Position numbers and translations under genes: made by a program
Shown: positions 1 through 9,145 of the stretch, one piece after another
Layout: each line of letters begins with the position of its first letter
Position numbering within the stretch: position 1 is the first letter of the stretch
Notes under the pieces: model-generated
The model's input: the letters and a program-made list of their open reading frames with translations, nothing else
What the model was told of the DNA's origin: nothing
The model's database searches: none
Assembly (NCBI GenBank): GCA_050692915.1
Contig: JBOGVU010000002.1
Location: 1,631 to 65,630 of the forward strand
Length of the DNA: 64,000 nucleotides
Source: Actinomycetota bacterium
GTDB taxonomy: Bacteria; Actinomycetota; UBA4738; CALAEC01
Direction of reading: 5' to 3'

Positions 1-8
1 CGGACGGC

Positions 9-1136
9 TTGCGGGTCGTGCCGCTGGGCGGCGACGTGCGGCTGGTGCAGGGCGGCGATCCCGTTCCGGTCGAGGGGACCGAGAGCCTGGTCCCGGGGGA
101 CGTGGTGATCACCGGCGCGGGCGGCCGGGCCCGGCTGGAGCTGGGGATCGGCCGAAGCGTTGAGCTCGCCCCCCGAGCCGCGGTCGAGGTCGGCGGGCTG
201 GGCCTGGCCGAGGTGGTGGAGGGGAGCGTGCTGGCCCGAGCCGAGGACCCCGGCCTGTCGCTCCGGGCCGGCGACGCCGAGATCGAGGGCCGGGCGAGCG
301 TGTTCCGGGTGGACCGCGGCTTCTCCGTGACGCTGGCTGTGTACCGCGGCGAGGCCGCCCTACCGGGCTCAGGGGTCCCGCCCGTGCAGGCGCTCCGCCA
401 GCTCACGGTGGTGGCGGGCGGCTCGGTCCCCCGGGGGGCCCACCCACTCGTGGTGCGGCCCGACGACCCCTGGGACGCGCGCCTCTTGGGCCCGTTCATC
501 GACCTGGGGCTGCGACTCGTGGACCTCCAGCGCGGCCTGGGCCGCCAGCTCCCTGCGGATCGTGGGCCTCTGGCGGTGGCGGAGATCCTGAGCCGGGAGT
601 ACTCCCCGTCGGCGGCGCGGGAGCTGGCGGACACGTCGCTGCCGGCGGCCGAGCGGGTGGTTGCGGCGGTTGTCTCCGAGGAGGTGGCCATCGCTGCCGG
701 CCAGTCGCTCCTGGACGCGCTCGACGGCGTCCTCGACCTCCGCCTCGAGGGCGCCCACTGGATCGTGGTCCTGGCCCAGTGGGAGGTGCTGGGGACTGCC
801 CTGTTCGAGGAGCTGAGCCACCTGTCCGGGCTGATCTCGCGGTTCGCCACTCCGCCGGGGCCGGGGGCCGCATCCGGCCCAGGCGGAGGTTCGGGTGGCG
901 GCGCCGCCGGCGCGGGCGGCGGTGGGGGGTCGGGCGGCGGAAGCGGAGGTTCCGGGGGTTCCGGGGGTTCCGGGGGTTCCGGGGGTTCCGGGGGTTCGGG
1001 GGGTTCCGGGGGTTCGGGCGGCGGCGACTCGGGGGGCCAGGAGCCCCCGCCGCCCCAGGAGACCTGCTCCGACCCGGTGAACTGCCTGGTCGAGGACGTC
1101 GTCGATGTGATCGAGGACCCACCGCTCCTGCCGTAA
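9..1136 (+). CDS. FecR-like domain protein with Gly/Ser-rich C-terminal linker (probably 5'-partial at window edge)
   Basis: N-terminal pattern GDVVITGAGGRARLEL...EGSV..FRVD resembles FecR domains; GGS repeats near C-terminus; frame is open to the window start. Confidence 0.55.
   Translation: MRVVPLGGDVRLVQGGDPVPVEGTESLVPGDVVITGAGGRARLELGIGRSVELAPRAAVEVGGLGLAEVVEGSVLARAEDPGLSLRAGDAEIEGRASVFRVDRGFSVTLAVYRGEAALPGSGVPPVQALRQLTVVAGGSVPRGAHPLVVRPDDPWDARLLGPFIDLGLRLVDLQRGLGRQLPADRGPLAVAEILSREYSPSAARELADTSLPAAERVVAAVVSEEVAIAAGQSLLDALDGVLDLRLEGAHWIVVLAQWEVLGTALFEELSHLSGLISRFATPPGPGAASGPGGGSGGGAAGAGGGGGSGGGSGGSGGSGGSGGSGGSGGSGGSGGSGGGDSGGQEPPPPQETCSDPVNCLVEDVVDVIEDPPLLP
945..1019 (+). repeat. 9-bp tandem repeat (GGGGGTTCC)n encoding a GGS linker
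   Basis: About 8 consecutive, partly degenerate units visible in the sequence. Confidence 0.9.
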
Positions 1137-1164
1137 CCCGAGCCGGTGGTAGGCTGACCCCGCT

Positions 1165-3996
1165 TTGGCGCGCACCGCCGCTTCGTTCGGGCAGGGCCGC
1201 CGCCGTCTTCTCCTCTGGCTCGGCCTGGGGGTCGTGGCGGTGGCCATCGTCTTCGGCGCGATCTCGGGCTTCTACATCGACGTCCTGTGGTTCCGCGAGG
1301 TCGGGTACTCGGACGTGTTCTGGACCCGGGTGTGGTCCCAGGTGCTCCTGGCGGTCCTGTTCGGCCTGGCCTTCTTCGTCCTCATGTACGTGAACCTGCT
1401 GATCGTTCGTCGGCTCCGGCCCCGGTACCGGGTCTACTCGCCGGAGGAGGAGGCGGTCGAGCGCTACCGGGCAGCGTTCGAGCCGTACGCCCGGTGGATC
1501 CTGCCCGGGGCGTCCCTGCTGTTCGCCGCGTTCGCGGCCGGCGGGGTGGCCGCGCAGTGGGAGTCGTTCCAGCTCTGGCGGGTCAGCGGCGAGATCTCGT
1601 TCGGGGTCCCCGACCCGCAGTTCGGTCGCGACGTGTCCTTCTACGTCTTCTCCCTGCCGTTCCAGCGGTTCGTGCAGGCGTGGCTGTTCGCCTCACTGGT
1701 GGTGATCACCGTGGTGGCGGCCGCCGGCCACTATCTGTGGGGCGGGATCCGGGTCCGCTCGGTGGGGGAGCGGGTGACGCCGCAGGTCAAGGCCCACCTG
1801 TCGGTGCTCCTCGGCCTGATCGTGCTGGTGAAGGCGTGGGGGTATCGCCTGGGCCAGTTCGACCTCCTGGTGTCCGAGCGAGGGGTGGTCACGGGGGCCT
1901 CGTACACCGACGTGAACGCCCACCTCCCGGCGCTTCGCCTCCTAGTGGTGATCGCCATCGTGTGCTCGGTCCTGTTCCTGGTGAACATCCGGTTCCGCGG
2001 CTGGGCCCTCCCGGCGCTCGGTATCGGTCTCCTGGCTCTGTCGTCGATCGTGGTGGGCGCGGTGTACCCGGCCTTCATCCAGCGCTTCCGGGTGGCGCCC
2101 CAGGAGCTCCAGCGGGAGCAGCAGTTCATCGAGCGGAACCTGGAGGCCACCCGGAGGGCGTTCGGGATCGACGACGTGGACGTCAGGACGTATCCCGCGG
2201 TGCCCACGTTCACCCAGGAAGAGATCGAGGCGGCCCCCACCACCGTGGAGAACATCCGCCTGTGGAACCCCACCATCATCAGGAACTCGTTCCTTCAGCT
2301 CCAGCGGCTCCGCCCGTTCTACGAGTTCGAGGACGTGGACGTTGACCGGTACGTGGTGGACGGCGAGCGACGGACCGTGATGATCGCGCCTCGGGAGATC
2401 GATCAGGAGAGCATCCCCGGCGGCGGCGCGACCTGGCAGAACCAGCATCTCTTCTACTCGCACGGGTACGGGGCGGCGGCCGGCCGGGTCGACCAGGTCA
2501 CCGCCGAGGGGGCCCCGTCGTTCGTGCTCTCGGACATCCCGCCCTCGGGCCCTCTGGCCGGGGAGTTGGAGCAGCCCCGGATCTACTTCGAGGAGCAATC
2601 GGAGGTGCCATTCCTGGTGGTGGGCACCGACAGCGATGAGTTCGACTTCCCGATCGGGGAGCAGGGCAGCCAGGAGCTCAATCGGTACGACGGCCAGGGA
2701 GGTATCCCTGTCGAGGGGTTCCTGCGACGCCTGGCCTTCGCCTGGCGGTTCCGGGACGTGAACCTGTTGATCTCCGGGCTGATCGACGCCGACAGCAGGA
2801 TCCTGGTGAACATCGACCTCCCCAACCGGGTCGAGCGGATCGCCCCGTTCCTCTCCTACGACCACGACCCGTACATCGCGCTCGTGGACGGTCGCCTGGT
2901 GTGGATCTGGGACGCGTACACGACCAGCGACCGGTATCCGTATTCGGAGCAGTCGCTGATGCAGGACCTCACTGGCAACACGACGCTGCCCGGTTCCGCG
3001 AACTACATCCGGAACTCGGTCAAGGTCGTCATCGACGCGTACGACGGCACCACCACCTTCCTGGTCGTGGACGAGGAGGACCCGGTGATCCAGGCCTGGG
3101 ACCGGGTGTTCCCGGACCTGCTCACCCCGGCCTCGGAGGCCTCGGCGTCCCTCCGAGAGCACTTCCGGTACCCCGAGGACCTGTTCCGGATCCAGTCCGA
3201 CCTGTACGCGAACTACCACGTCACGGATCCGGTCCAGTTCTACGCGAAGGGCGACTTCTGGACGGTCCCCGAGGTGGTGATCGACCCCACCCAGGAGGCC
3301 CTGACCCTGGAGCCCTACTACGTGCTCATGCCGCTCCCGGGGGAGCAGGAGGCCAAGTTCCTGCTGTTCACGCCGTTCACGCCGGCCAACCGCCCCAACA
3401 TGGCGTCGTGGCTCGCCGCGAACTCGGATCCCGAGGGGTACGGGGACCTCGTGGCCTTCGAGTTCGGCGGGCGGAACGTCATCGGCCCCGGGCAGGCCTC
3501 GGCGCTGATGCACCAGGACACCGAGGTGGCCCAGCAGACCACGCTGCTCGACCAGCAGGGCTCGAACGTGATCTACGGCGACGTCCTGGTGATTCCGATC
3601 GGGGAGGGCTTCGTGTACGTCCAGCCGCTGTACACGGAATCCCAGCAGCAGGGCCTGGGGATCCCGGAGATGAAGCGGGTCATCGTGGTGAACGGCCAGG
3701 ACGTGACGATGCGGAACACCCTGCCGGAGGCGTTGGCGGCTGCCGTGGGGGCGGCCCCGCCGGAAGCCGAGCCCGGCGAGGAGCCGCCGCCGGGCGAGGA
3801 GCCCGTGGGCGACGTGGCCACGCTGCTGGCGGAGGCCCAGGAACACTTTGCCGCGGCCGAAGCCGCCCTCCTCGAGGGGAACCTGGCCACCTACCAGGCC
3901 GAGATCGAGGAAGCCGAGCGGCTGATCCAGGAGGCTGCCCAGGTGGCGGGCGTGTCGCCGCCGGCCTCCGAGCCCGAGGAGTCCCCAGCGGGCTGA
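1165..3996 (+). CDS. UPF0182 family integral membrane protein
   Basis: 943 aa; YIDVLWFREVGY, DPQFGRDVSFYVFSLP, HLFYSHGYG, NYIRNSVK and YPEDLFRIQ motifs; this family typically lies next to tRNA-fMet in Actinobacteria. Confidence 0.93.
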   Translation: MARTAASFGQGRRRLLLWLGLGVVAVAIVFGAISGFYIDVLWFREVGYSDVFWTRVWSQVLLAVLFGLAFFVLMYVNLLIVRRLRPRYRVYSPEEEAVERYRAAFEPYARWILPGASLLFAAFAAGGVAAQWESFQLWRVSGEISFGVPDPQFGRDVSFYVFSLPFQRFVQAWLFASLVVITVVAAAGHYLWGGIRVRSVGERVTPQVKAHLSVLLGLIVLVKAWGYRLGQFDLLVSERGVVTGASYTDVNAHLPALRLLVVIAIVCSVLFLVNIRFRGWALPALGIGLLALSSIVVGAVYPAFIQRFRVAPQELQREQQFIERNLEATRRAFGIDDVDVRTYPAVPTFTQEEIEAAPTTVENIRLWNPTIIRNSFLQLQRLRPFYEFEDVDVDRYVVDGERRTVMIAPREIDQESIPGGGATWQNQHLFYSHGYGAAAGRVDQVTAEGAPSFVLSDIPPSGPLAGELEQPRIYFEEQSEVPFLVVGTDSDEFDFPIGEQGSQELNRYDGQGGIPVEGFLRRLAFAWRFRDVNLLISGLIDADSRILVNIDLPNRVERIAPFLSYDHDPYIALVDGRLVWIWDAYTTSDRYPYSEQSLMQDLTGNTTLPGSANYIRNSVKVVIDAYDGTTTFLVVDEEDPVIQAWDRVFPDLLTPASEASASLREHFRYPEDLFRIQSDLYANYHVTDPVQFYAKGDFWTVPEVVIDPTQEALTLEPYYVLMPLPGEQEAKFLLFTPFTPANRPNMASWLAANSDPEGYGDLVAFEFGGRNVIGPGQASALMHQDTEVAQQTTLLDQQGSNVIYGDVLVIPIGEGFVYVQPLYTESQQQGLGIPEMKRVIVVNGQDVTMRNTLPEALAAAVGAAPPEAEPGEEPPPGEEPVGDVATLLAEAQEHFAAAEAALLEGNLATYQAEIEEAERLIQEAAQVAGVSPPASEPEESPAG

Positions 3997-4035
3997 CCCG
4001 GTTGTCGGGAGGCCGGGGCGTTGCTACCATGGTTG

Positions 4036-4109
4036 CGCGCGGTGGAGCAGTCTGGTAGCTCGCTGGGCTCATAACCCAGAGGTCGCTGGTTCAAATCCAG
4101 CCCGCGCAA
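4036..4109 (+). tRNA. tRNA-fMet (initiator, anticodon CAT); intact gene and anchor of the array
   Basis: Cloverleaf CGCGCGG/CCGCGCA with C1:A72 mismatch, GGG:CCC in the anticodon stem, loop CTCATAA, TTCAAAT T-loop; CCA not encoded. Confidence 0.97.
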
Positions 4110-4137
4110 CGAGCGAAACCGCAGGTAGAAGGCCTAA

Positions 4138-4172
4138 AGGCGGCCCCCGGAACCCGGGAGCCGCCTCTTTTT
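4138..4172 (+). terminator. Intrinsic terminator after the tRNA (left end of segment 1)
   Basis: AGGCGGC..CCCGG/CCGGG..GCCGCCT hairpin followed by CTTTTT. Confidence 0.8.
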
Positions 4173-4194
4173 GTGTCTAATTTGTGTCTAAATT
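4171..4194 (+). repeat. Arm-type repeat pair TTGTGTCT x2 (11-bp period), left end of segment 1
   Basis: ttgtgtctaatttgtgtctaaatt; the same motif family recurs at most junctions. Confidence 0.8.
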
Positions 4195-4204
4195 CGCGCG
4201 GGGG

Positions 4205-4852
4205 TCACAGCGGCTCGAGCTTCGGGCCAGCGCGCTCGGCTACATAGCGTTCCTCGCCGAGCGACCAACGGCTTCCGCAGCAATTGCAGTAAGAGCCTGA
4301 GGTTCCTCTCGCTGCCTGCAGCTGGGTGTCGGGACACGCCGGGCACAGGCCCTGCGTAAGGGCCCACGCGAGGCGGCAGAAGAAGTCGTTGGTCTCGACC
4401 CAGTGGTCGAGCCAGAAGCTCTTGGCGAAGCGTTTCGGTGTGTCCCGACGGAAGCCGGTCTGCTTCAGCGCGAGGTCGAGGCGAGTGGCCACGATGAGGG
4501 CCCCCGGCTCCTCGAGGGTGTAGTGGTACGGATGAGAGCCCGTCCGTCTCGGTGGACGGAATCGGGTCACCAGGTCCAGTTCGAACAGGGAGAGGAGACG
4601 CCTGCTGGCCACGCGGTAGCAGTTGAAGTGGAGGTCCCTGATCTGGCGGGTGGTGAGGACCCTGTGCTCGTACAGATCGAAGAGGATCTCGATGTCTCTC
4701 TCCTGAATCCTGTGGGCGTAGGTGAGGATCTGCGAGCCCCGGGAGCGGGAGCGAAGCGGAACGCGACTGGGGCGAGCAGCCCTGGTACCGGCTGGACCAC
4801 CCAGGGGGCCTCCTCGCCTACGCCGACGCGGCCCAAGGGGTGGTCCCGTCAT
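4205..4852 (-). pseudogene. Replication-relaxation (Replic_Relax) family relaxase-like protein, C-terminally truncated
   Basis: ERDIEILFDLYEHRVLTTRQI..LHF..VASRRLLSL..LVTRFRP..HYTL..LDHWVETNDFF motifs; ends at ...KLEPL* where the PD..E.D catalytic part should follow, 10 bp from the arm site. Confidence 0.7.
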
Positions 4853-5351
4853 GGGAGGACCTCCGGGCGGACTGGCCCCGCTCCGGGGGCGGCCAGTGCG
4901 AGACCCCGCACTCGGGGCACTGCAGCGCGAGGTGCGTGGCGGCTGCCGCCACCTCCCCGGCCCTTGGGAACCGGTGGCCCGGGGCGGGGAAGGACGAGGA
5001 GGCCGCCCCGTATCGGTCGACGATCACGATCACCGGCAGCTCGTGGGCCTCCCCCAGGAGCCTCCGGCTCCCCGTCCGGTCCGGATCCAGGAGCACCGGG
5101 ACCGCGAGCGCTTCCTCTTCCGACAGAACGGCTCGCGCCAGGGCGCCCGCCCAGTCCAGATCACGCGTCACCGTGGCGAGATCTTCCGCGAACGCGCGGC
5201 AGGCGGCGCACCGTTCGTGCAGGAACGCGAGCACAAGAGCGACCCGCTGGCGGAATCCCCAGAGGCTGACCGGCGTATGCGAGTCGGGATCGACGAAGGA
5301 GACGCCCGGGACCACCCGACCCTCCTCCAGGGCGGTGCCGGAGAGCGTCAT
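4818..5351 (-). CDS. Redoxin/thioredoxin-fold protein with CxxC and C-terminal CPEC
   Basis: LVLAFLHERCAACRAF, PVLLDPD, IVIVDRYG, CPECGV. Confidence 0.65.
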   Translation of the reverse strand: MTLSGTALEEGRVVPGVSFVDPDSHTPVSLWGFRQRVALVLAFLHERCAACRAFAEDLATVTRDLDWAGALARAVLSEEEALAVPVLLDPDRTGSRRLLGEAHELPVIVIVDRYGAASSSFPAPGHRFPRAGEVAAAATHLALQCPECGVSHWPPPERGQSARRSSHDGTTPWAASA

Positions 5352-5382
5352 CGGGCTGCTCGCGGAGGGACGGGACGCCGCT

Positions 5383-6072
5383 TCACCTGAGCACCACGCA
5401 GCACTCGCCGGGCGTCGGCTCCAGGGCGACCTCCACCGTCTCGTTCCCGAGACCCCGGACCAGCCCGTCGATGAACGCGCGGTTCATCGCGCACACGAGC
5501 TCCGGGGCCTGGCGGGCCAGCACGTGGAACGGGCAGTTGTAGAGGCGGATCCCCTGGCCCTGCTGGCGGTACGGCTCGTAGCCGGCGTCCCGAAGCACGT
5601 CCTCGGTGACCGAGAGGGCCCGCTCCTTGCCCGGGGGCCGCAGACCGAGCTCGCGCCGCACCTTCTCGCCCAGGGAGACACCCTCGTCGCGAGCCACCCT
5701 CGTGGCCGACTCGCGGGCCGACTCGTCCGACCTCTCGTCCTTGATGGCGCGGACGAGCAGTCCCCCCACGAAGTCGTAGTGACGTTCGGGGATCGAGATG
5801 TCGATCTCCAGCTCGGAGGGCTCGTAGAGCTTGGACGTCCGCCCGGCCCCCGGACCTCCCCGTCCCGACGGCCGACCGTACTCGAATCGGAGCAGCCCGC
5901 GCTCTAGCAGCTTGTCGAGGTGGAAGGCGGCCAGCTTGCGGGAGATCCCCGCCGAGGCGGCGGCCTCCTCGCGGCTGACGGGGCGACGGGCCGATCGGAC
6001 GAACAGGTAGAGCCTGCGCCGAAGGTCGTCCTCAAGGGCTGCTGCCGCGCCCGTGGTCTCGGTGTCCCGCAT
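5383..6072 (-). CDS. ArsR/SufR-like HTH transcriptional regulator with Cys-rich C-terminal sensor
   Basis: RRRLYLFV..VSREEAA..LAAFHLDKL..GRTSKLY HTH; NCPFH, LVCAMN, ECC. Confidence 0.85.
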   Translation of the reverse strand: MRDTETTGAAAALEDDLRRRLYLFVRSARRPVSREEAAASAGISRKLAAFHLDKLLERGLLRFEYGRPSGRGGPGAGRTSKLYEPSELEIDISIPERHYDFVGGLLVRAIKDERSDESARESATRVARDEGVSLGEKVRRELGLRPPGKERALSVTEDVLRDAGYEPYRQQGQGIRLYNCPFHVLARQAPELVCAMNRAFIDGLVRGLGNETVEVALEPTPGECCVVLR

Positions 6073-6162
6073 ACCCGGATTCTAACACCAGTACTCGGCG
6101 GCCCAACCCCGGTTTCCTTCGTGAGCTCATCGGTTCTGCCCGCGATATTTGGCGAAACGGGG

Positions 6163-6191
6163 TTGACCGAACCGACGGCGAGGGGTAGGGT
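6163..6191 (+). promoter_or_regulatory. Housekeeping-type promoter for the segment 1 cargo operon
   Basis: TTGACC-N17-TAGGGT upstream of the ORF at 6242. Confidence 0.6.
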
Positions 6192-6241
6192 GCAGTCTAA
6201 GACCAATGCCTATGGGCGTTAGAAGGACGAGGTGGTAGGGG

Positions 6242-6337
6242 ATGTGCGTCGAGTGCGGGTGCGAGGTTCCGGCCTCGGGCGAGGAGCCGCGGGGCGAGCG
6301 GACGACCGAGGGCTCCGAGGAGCCCGAGGCGGCGTAG
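6242..6337 (+). CDS. 31-aa micro-protein MCVECGC... (not in the ORF track)
   Basis: ATG after a GAGGTGG RBS-like sequence, directly downstream of the promoter; N-terminal CxxCGC. Confidence 0.5.
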   Translation: MCVECGCEVPASGEEPRGERTTEGSEEPEAA

Positions 6338-6347
6338 CAGCGATCCG

Positions 6348-7139
6348 GTGCTGCCCGCGGGCAGCCGACCGAGAGGAGCAGAGATGAAGGCACCGAAGGC
6401 ACCCGCCCGACGGGCTCGCCGACGGCCTCATCGCCCAGCTCCCGGAGCGGTTCTGATCATGGCGACGGCGAGACCGGAGGCTCCCTACACCCCCTCTCGG
6501 ACCGAGGCCGTGCGGTTCCTCCGGTCTCCCCTCCCCGTGGCGGTGGCCCTCGCGTCGCTGATGGCGGGGGGCATCCACCTGGGAGCCGCGGACGTCCATC
6601 TCGAGGAGTGGCCGCTCTCCTCGGCGTTCTTCCTGACGGCCGGAGCGGCGCAGGCGGCGTGGGCCGCCTTGGTCCTGGATCGGCCGAGAAGGAGGCTTCT
6701 GGTCGCGGGTATGGCCGCGAACGGTCTCGTCGCTCTCGTATGGGTCGCCTCCCGAACCACGGGCCTTCCCATCGGGCCCCATCCGTGGGAGCCCGAGGCG
6801 GTGGGCGTGGCCGACGCGCTGGCCTCGGCGTTCGAGGTCGTCTCCGTGGTCGGTGCCGCCGCGCTCCTCGGCGGAAGGCGAACGGCCGGTGGCGCGGGCG
6901 CGCCAAGCCGTTCCCTTCCTCCCGCGCTGTCCGCGAGCTTCGGGGTGCTCGCGGCGACGGTGGCTGCCGCGGCGTGGGCTCCCCTCATCGCCGCCGGCCA
7001 CCACGGGGAGGCGGCGGCCCACGCCTCCCTCTCCCACCTCGTCGCGCTCGGGGCCATGGTCGCCTCGGTGGTCGCGGTCGCGAGCGCGGCGATCCGGTTC
7101 CGGCCACCCGGCCGGCTGACAGAAAGGAGATCGGCATGA
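6348..7139 (+). CDS. Multi-pass membrane protein, His-containing (start may be near 6459)
   Basis: Hydrophobic helices, GGIHLG..HLEEW, GHHGEAAAHA. Confidence 0.65.
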   Translation: MLPAGSRPRGAEMKAPKAPARRARRRPHRPAPGAVLIMATARPEAPYTPSRTEAVRFLRSPLPVAVALASLMAGGIHLGAADVHLEEWPLSSAFFLTAGAAQAAWAALVLDRPRRRLLVAGMAANGLVALVWVASRTTGLPIGPHPWEPEAVGVADALASAFEVVSVVGAAALLGGRRTAGGAGAPSRSLPPALSASFGVLAATVAAAAWAPLIAAGHHGEAAAHASLSHLVALGAMVASVVAVASAAIRFRPPGRLTERRSA

Positions 7140-7489
7140 TCCTGGCGCAAGCTCCGCAGCTGCTGGACGATCCCTGTTGCGATTTCATCAACGCCTTCCC
7201 CTGGTGGTTCTTCCTCCTGGTCCACGTGGCGCTCTTCGCCGTTGCGGCCTTCGTCGCCTATCGGTCCTTCGAGGGAGGGAACCGTGGGTTCGGCTGGGGG
7301 TTCAGCCTGTTCGCTCTGGCCGAGGTGAGCTACATGACCTACCACGTGAACGCCACCCAGTTCCTGTTCGCCCACACCGTCTCGGAGGTGCTGGTCGGTG
7401 TGGCCTTCGTGGTTCTGTTCGCCGCGGCCGTGGACAAGGCGGGCCTCCGCGTCTGGGGGACGGAGCGAGAGGCCGGAGCGGTCCGATGA
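7136..7489 (+). CDS. Small membrane protein
   Basis: AAGGAG RBS, ATGA coupling to both neighbours, three hydrophobic helices. Confidence 0.7.
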   Translation: MILAQAPQLLDDPCCDFINAFPWWFFLLVHVALFAVAAFVAYRSFEGGNRGFGWGFSLFALAEVSYMTYHVNATQFLFAHTVSEVLVGVAFVVLFAAAVDKAGLRVWGTEREAGAVR

Positions 7490-7866
7490 TGGCGCGCCTG
7501 GCGATGATCGTTGCCGGCGCGCTCCTCTTGTCCGCGTGCGCGACCTCTAGCGAGTCCCCATCCGGCTCGGGAGAGGCGCCCTTCGATGTGCCGGGGGAGC
7601 CCGTCGCCACGACCGAGGTGGCCCTGCCCAAGAGCTACCGGTTCGAGCCTGCGGTGATCGCCGTGTCGGCAGGGGACTCGGTGACGTGGACGAACACCGA
7701 CGACTTCCCCCACAACGTCCACCTCCTGGACGGGAGCGACCGGACCGTTGACCTCCCGATCGGGGAGAGCGGCTCGATCACCTTCCCCGAACCGGGGACG
7801 GTCTACTACGAGTGCTCGATCCACCCCCAGCAGATGCACGGCAAGATCATCGTGAAGGAGGGATGA
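7486..7866 (+). CDS. Cupredoxin (plastocyanin/azurin family) lipoprotein
   Basis: Lipobox LLLSAC; FEP..I.V..GDSVTWTN.D..PHNV; type-1 Cu ligands YECSIHPQQM. Confidence 0.88.
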   Translation: MMARLAMIVAGALLLSACATSSESPSGSGEAPFDVPGEPVATTEVALPKSYRFEPAVIAVSAGDSVTWTNTDDFPHNVHLLDGSDRTVDLPIGESGSITFPEPGTVYYECSIHPQQMHGKIIVKEG

Positions 7867-7871
7867 GGGCG

Positions 7872-8297
7872 ATGGCGGAGTTCGTGACCCCTGGTCGGGG
7901 GTTGAGTGGTGTGCTGACCGTCACGGAGATAGCGGGCTTCATCGGTGTGGGGTTGGCCGGCGCGGCGTACGTACCGCAGATCTGGCACCTCGTGCGAGTG
8001 CATTGCTCTGCTGGTATCAGCCGTTTCGCCTTCTGTCTCTGGCTCAGCGCCACGTTACTCGTCACGACCAACGCCATTGCGACGGGAGCAACGGTCTTCA
8101 TCGTTCTCGGCGGTGTTCAGATCGTGGCTACCGCGCTGATCCTTCTCTTCACGACCAAGTATCGATCGACCTACTGCGCCGGCCACCTGCCGGTCGATCT
8201 CGGTGCCGAAACGGAACAGGAGCTCATCGACGACCAGCTGGGCGGCCTCGGTCCGGGGGTACGTGTTGATCCAGTCGCGTCGCTGGGGCGCGGCTAG
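7872..8297 (+). CDS. PQ-loop / SemiSWEET-like membrane protein
   Basis: AYVPQIWHL..SAGIS..three helices. Confidence 0.7.
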   Translation: MAEFVTPGRGLSGVLTVTEIAGFIGVGLAGAAYVPQIWHLVRVHCSAGISRFAFCLWLSATLLVTTNAIATGATVFIVLGGVQIVATALILLFTTKYRSTYCAGHLPVDLGAETEQELIDDQLGGLGPGVRVDPVASLGRG

Positions 8298-8324
8298 GTA
8301 GCTGCGGGGCAAAGGGAGGTAGAG

Positions 8325-8633
8325 ATGTCGGGATTCAGGAGCGTAGCGAAGAGCCAGGAGGTGCTCGAGGGAGAGATGGCCGCCTTCGACGTGGGTGGCC
8401 AAAGGGTCGCCGTCGCCAATGTCGAAGGGTCGTTGCACGCCTTCGGCGACATCTGTACGCATCGGCACTGCTCCCTCGCCGATGGGGAGCTGGAGGGAAA
8501 GACCGTGACCTGCCCATGCCACGGCAGTCAGTTCGATGTCACGACCGGCGAGGTGCTCAATCCGCCGGCGACCGAGCCCGTCCCGGTCTTCCCCCTGCAG
8601 ATCGAGGGCGACGAGATCCAGTTGGACGTGTGA
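8325..8633 (+). CDS. Rieske [2Fe-2S] ferredoxin
   Basis: CTH...CPCHGSQFDVTTG. Confidence 0.9.
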   Translation: MSGFRSVAKSQEVLEGEMAAFDVGGQRVAVANVEGSLHAFGDICTHRHCSLADGELEGKTVTCPCHGSQFDVTTGEVLNPPATEPVPVFPLQIEGDEIQLDV

Positions 8634-8911
8634 TGGCGGACGCGAGTATGGGCAGACGCTTGCGGCCCCCCACCCAGGGAACGAGCGAGACGACAGAAGG
8701 CTCGTTCCGTTTCCCCTGGCCGGGGCCGGGAAACAGCGAGGGACCGGTAGACCCCGACCCGTGGTTGCAGGTTGAAACGAACGATTACTCTGCCACAGGG
8801 CCCAGTAGCGACACGCTTGTGTCGACCTCACCGTGGCCAGGCCCGGGCGATAGCGAAGCCTGAGGAGAGGGAAGAGACAGAGATGGTCTGTTGCCGAGAA
8901 TAGGAGGAGCC

Positions 8912-9118
8912 ATGTGCTACACGTGCGGATGCAAGCTGCCGTATGAGAACCACGGAGACCCCGACAACATCGTCGAGGACGACCTGAAGAAGGCCGGCCA
9001 GACCGACACGATCAAGCATGCAGGCGTCAAACAGGCGAAGCAGAACCTGCTGGAGCTGATCGAGATCCAGAAGAACAGAGGCGACCTGGAGAGCCCCAAG
9101 AAGGACTACAACGAGTAG
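8912..9118 (+). CDS. 68-aa protein starting MCYTCGC
   Basis: AGGAGG RBS; N-terminal CxxCGC..HGD. Confidence 0.7.
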   Translation: MCYTCGCKLPYENHGDPDNIVEDDLKKAGQTDTIKHAGVKQAKQNLLELIEIQKNRGDLESPKKDYNE

Positions 9119-9145
9119 AGGAAGGGACCAAAGGGCTCCTGATCC

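Noticed and set aside
1942-3846. Long antisense or alternative-frame ORFs (also 22148-24271, 34476-36857, 57185-58927 and many Arg/Pro/Gly-rich ORFs)
   Set aside because: Typical high-GC shadow ORFs overlapping well-supported genes, with no recognisable motifs.
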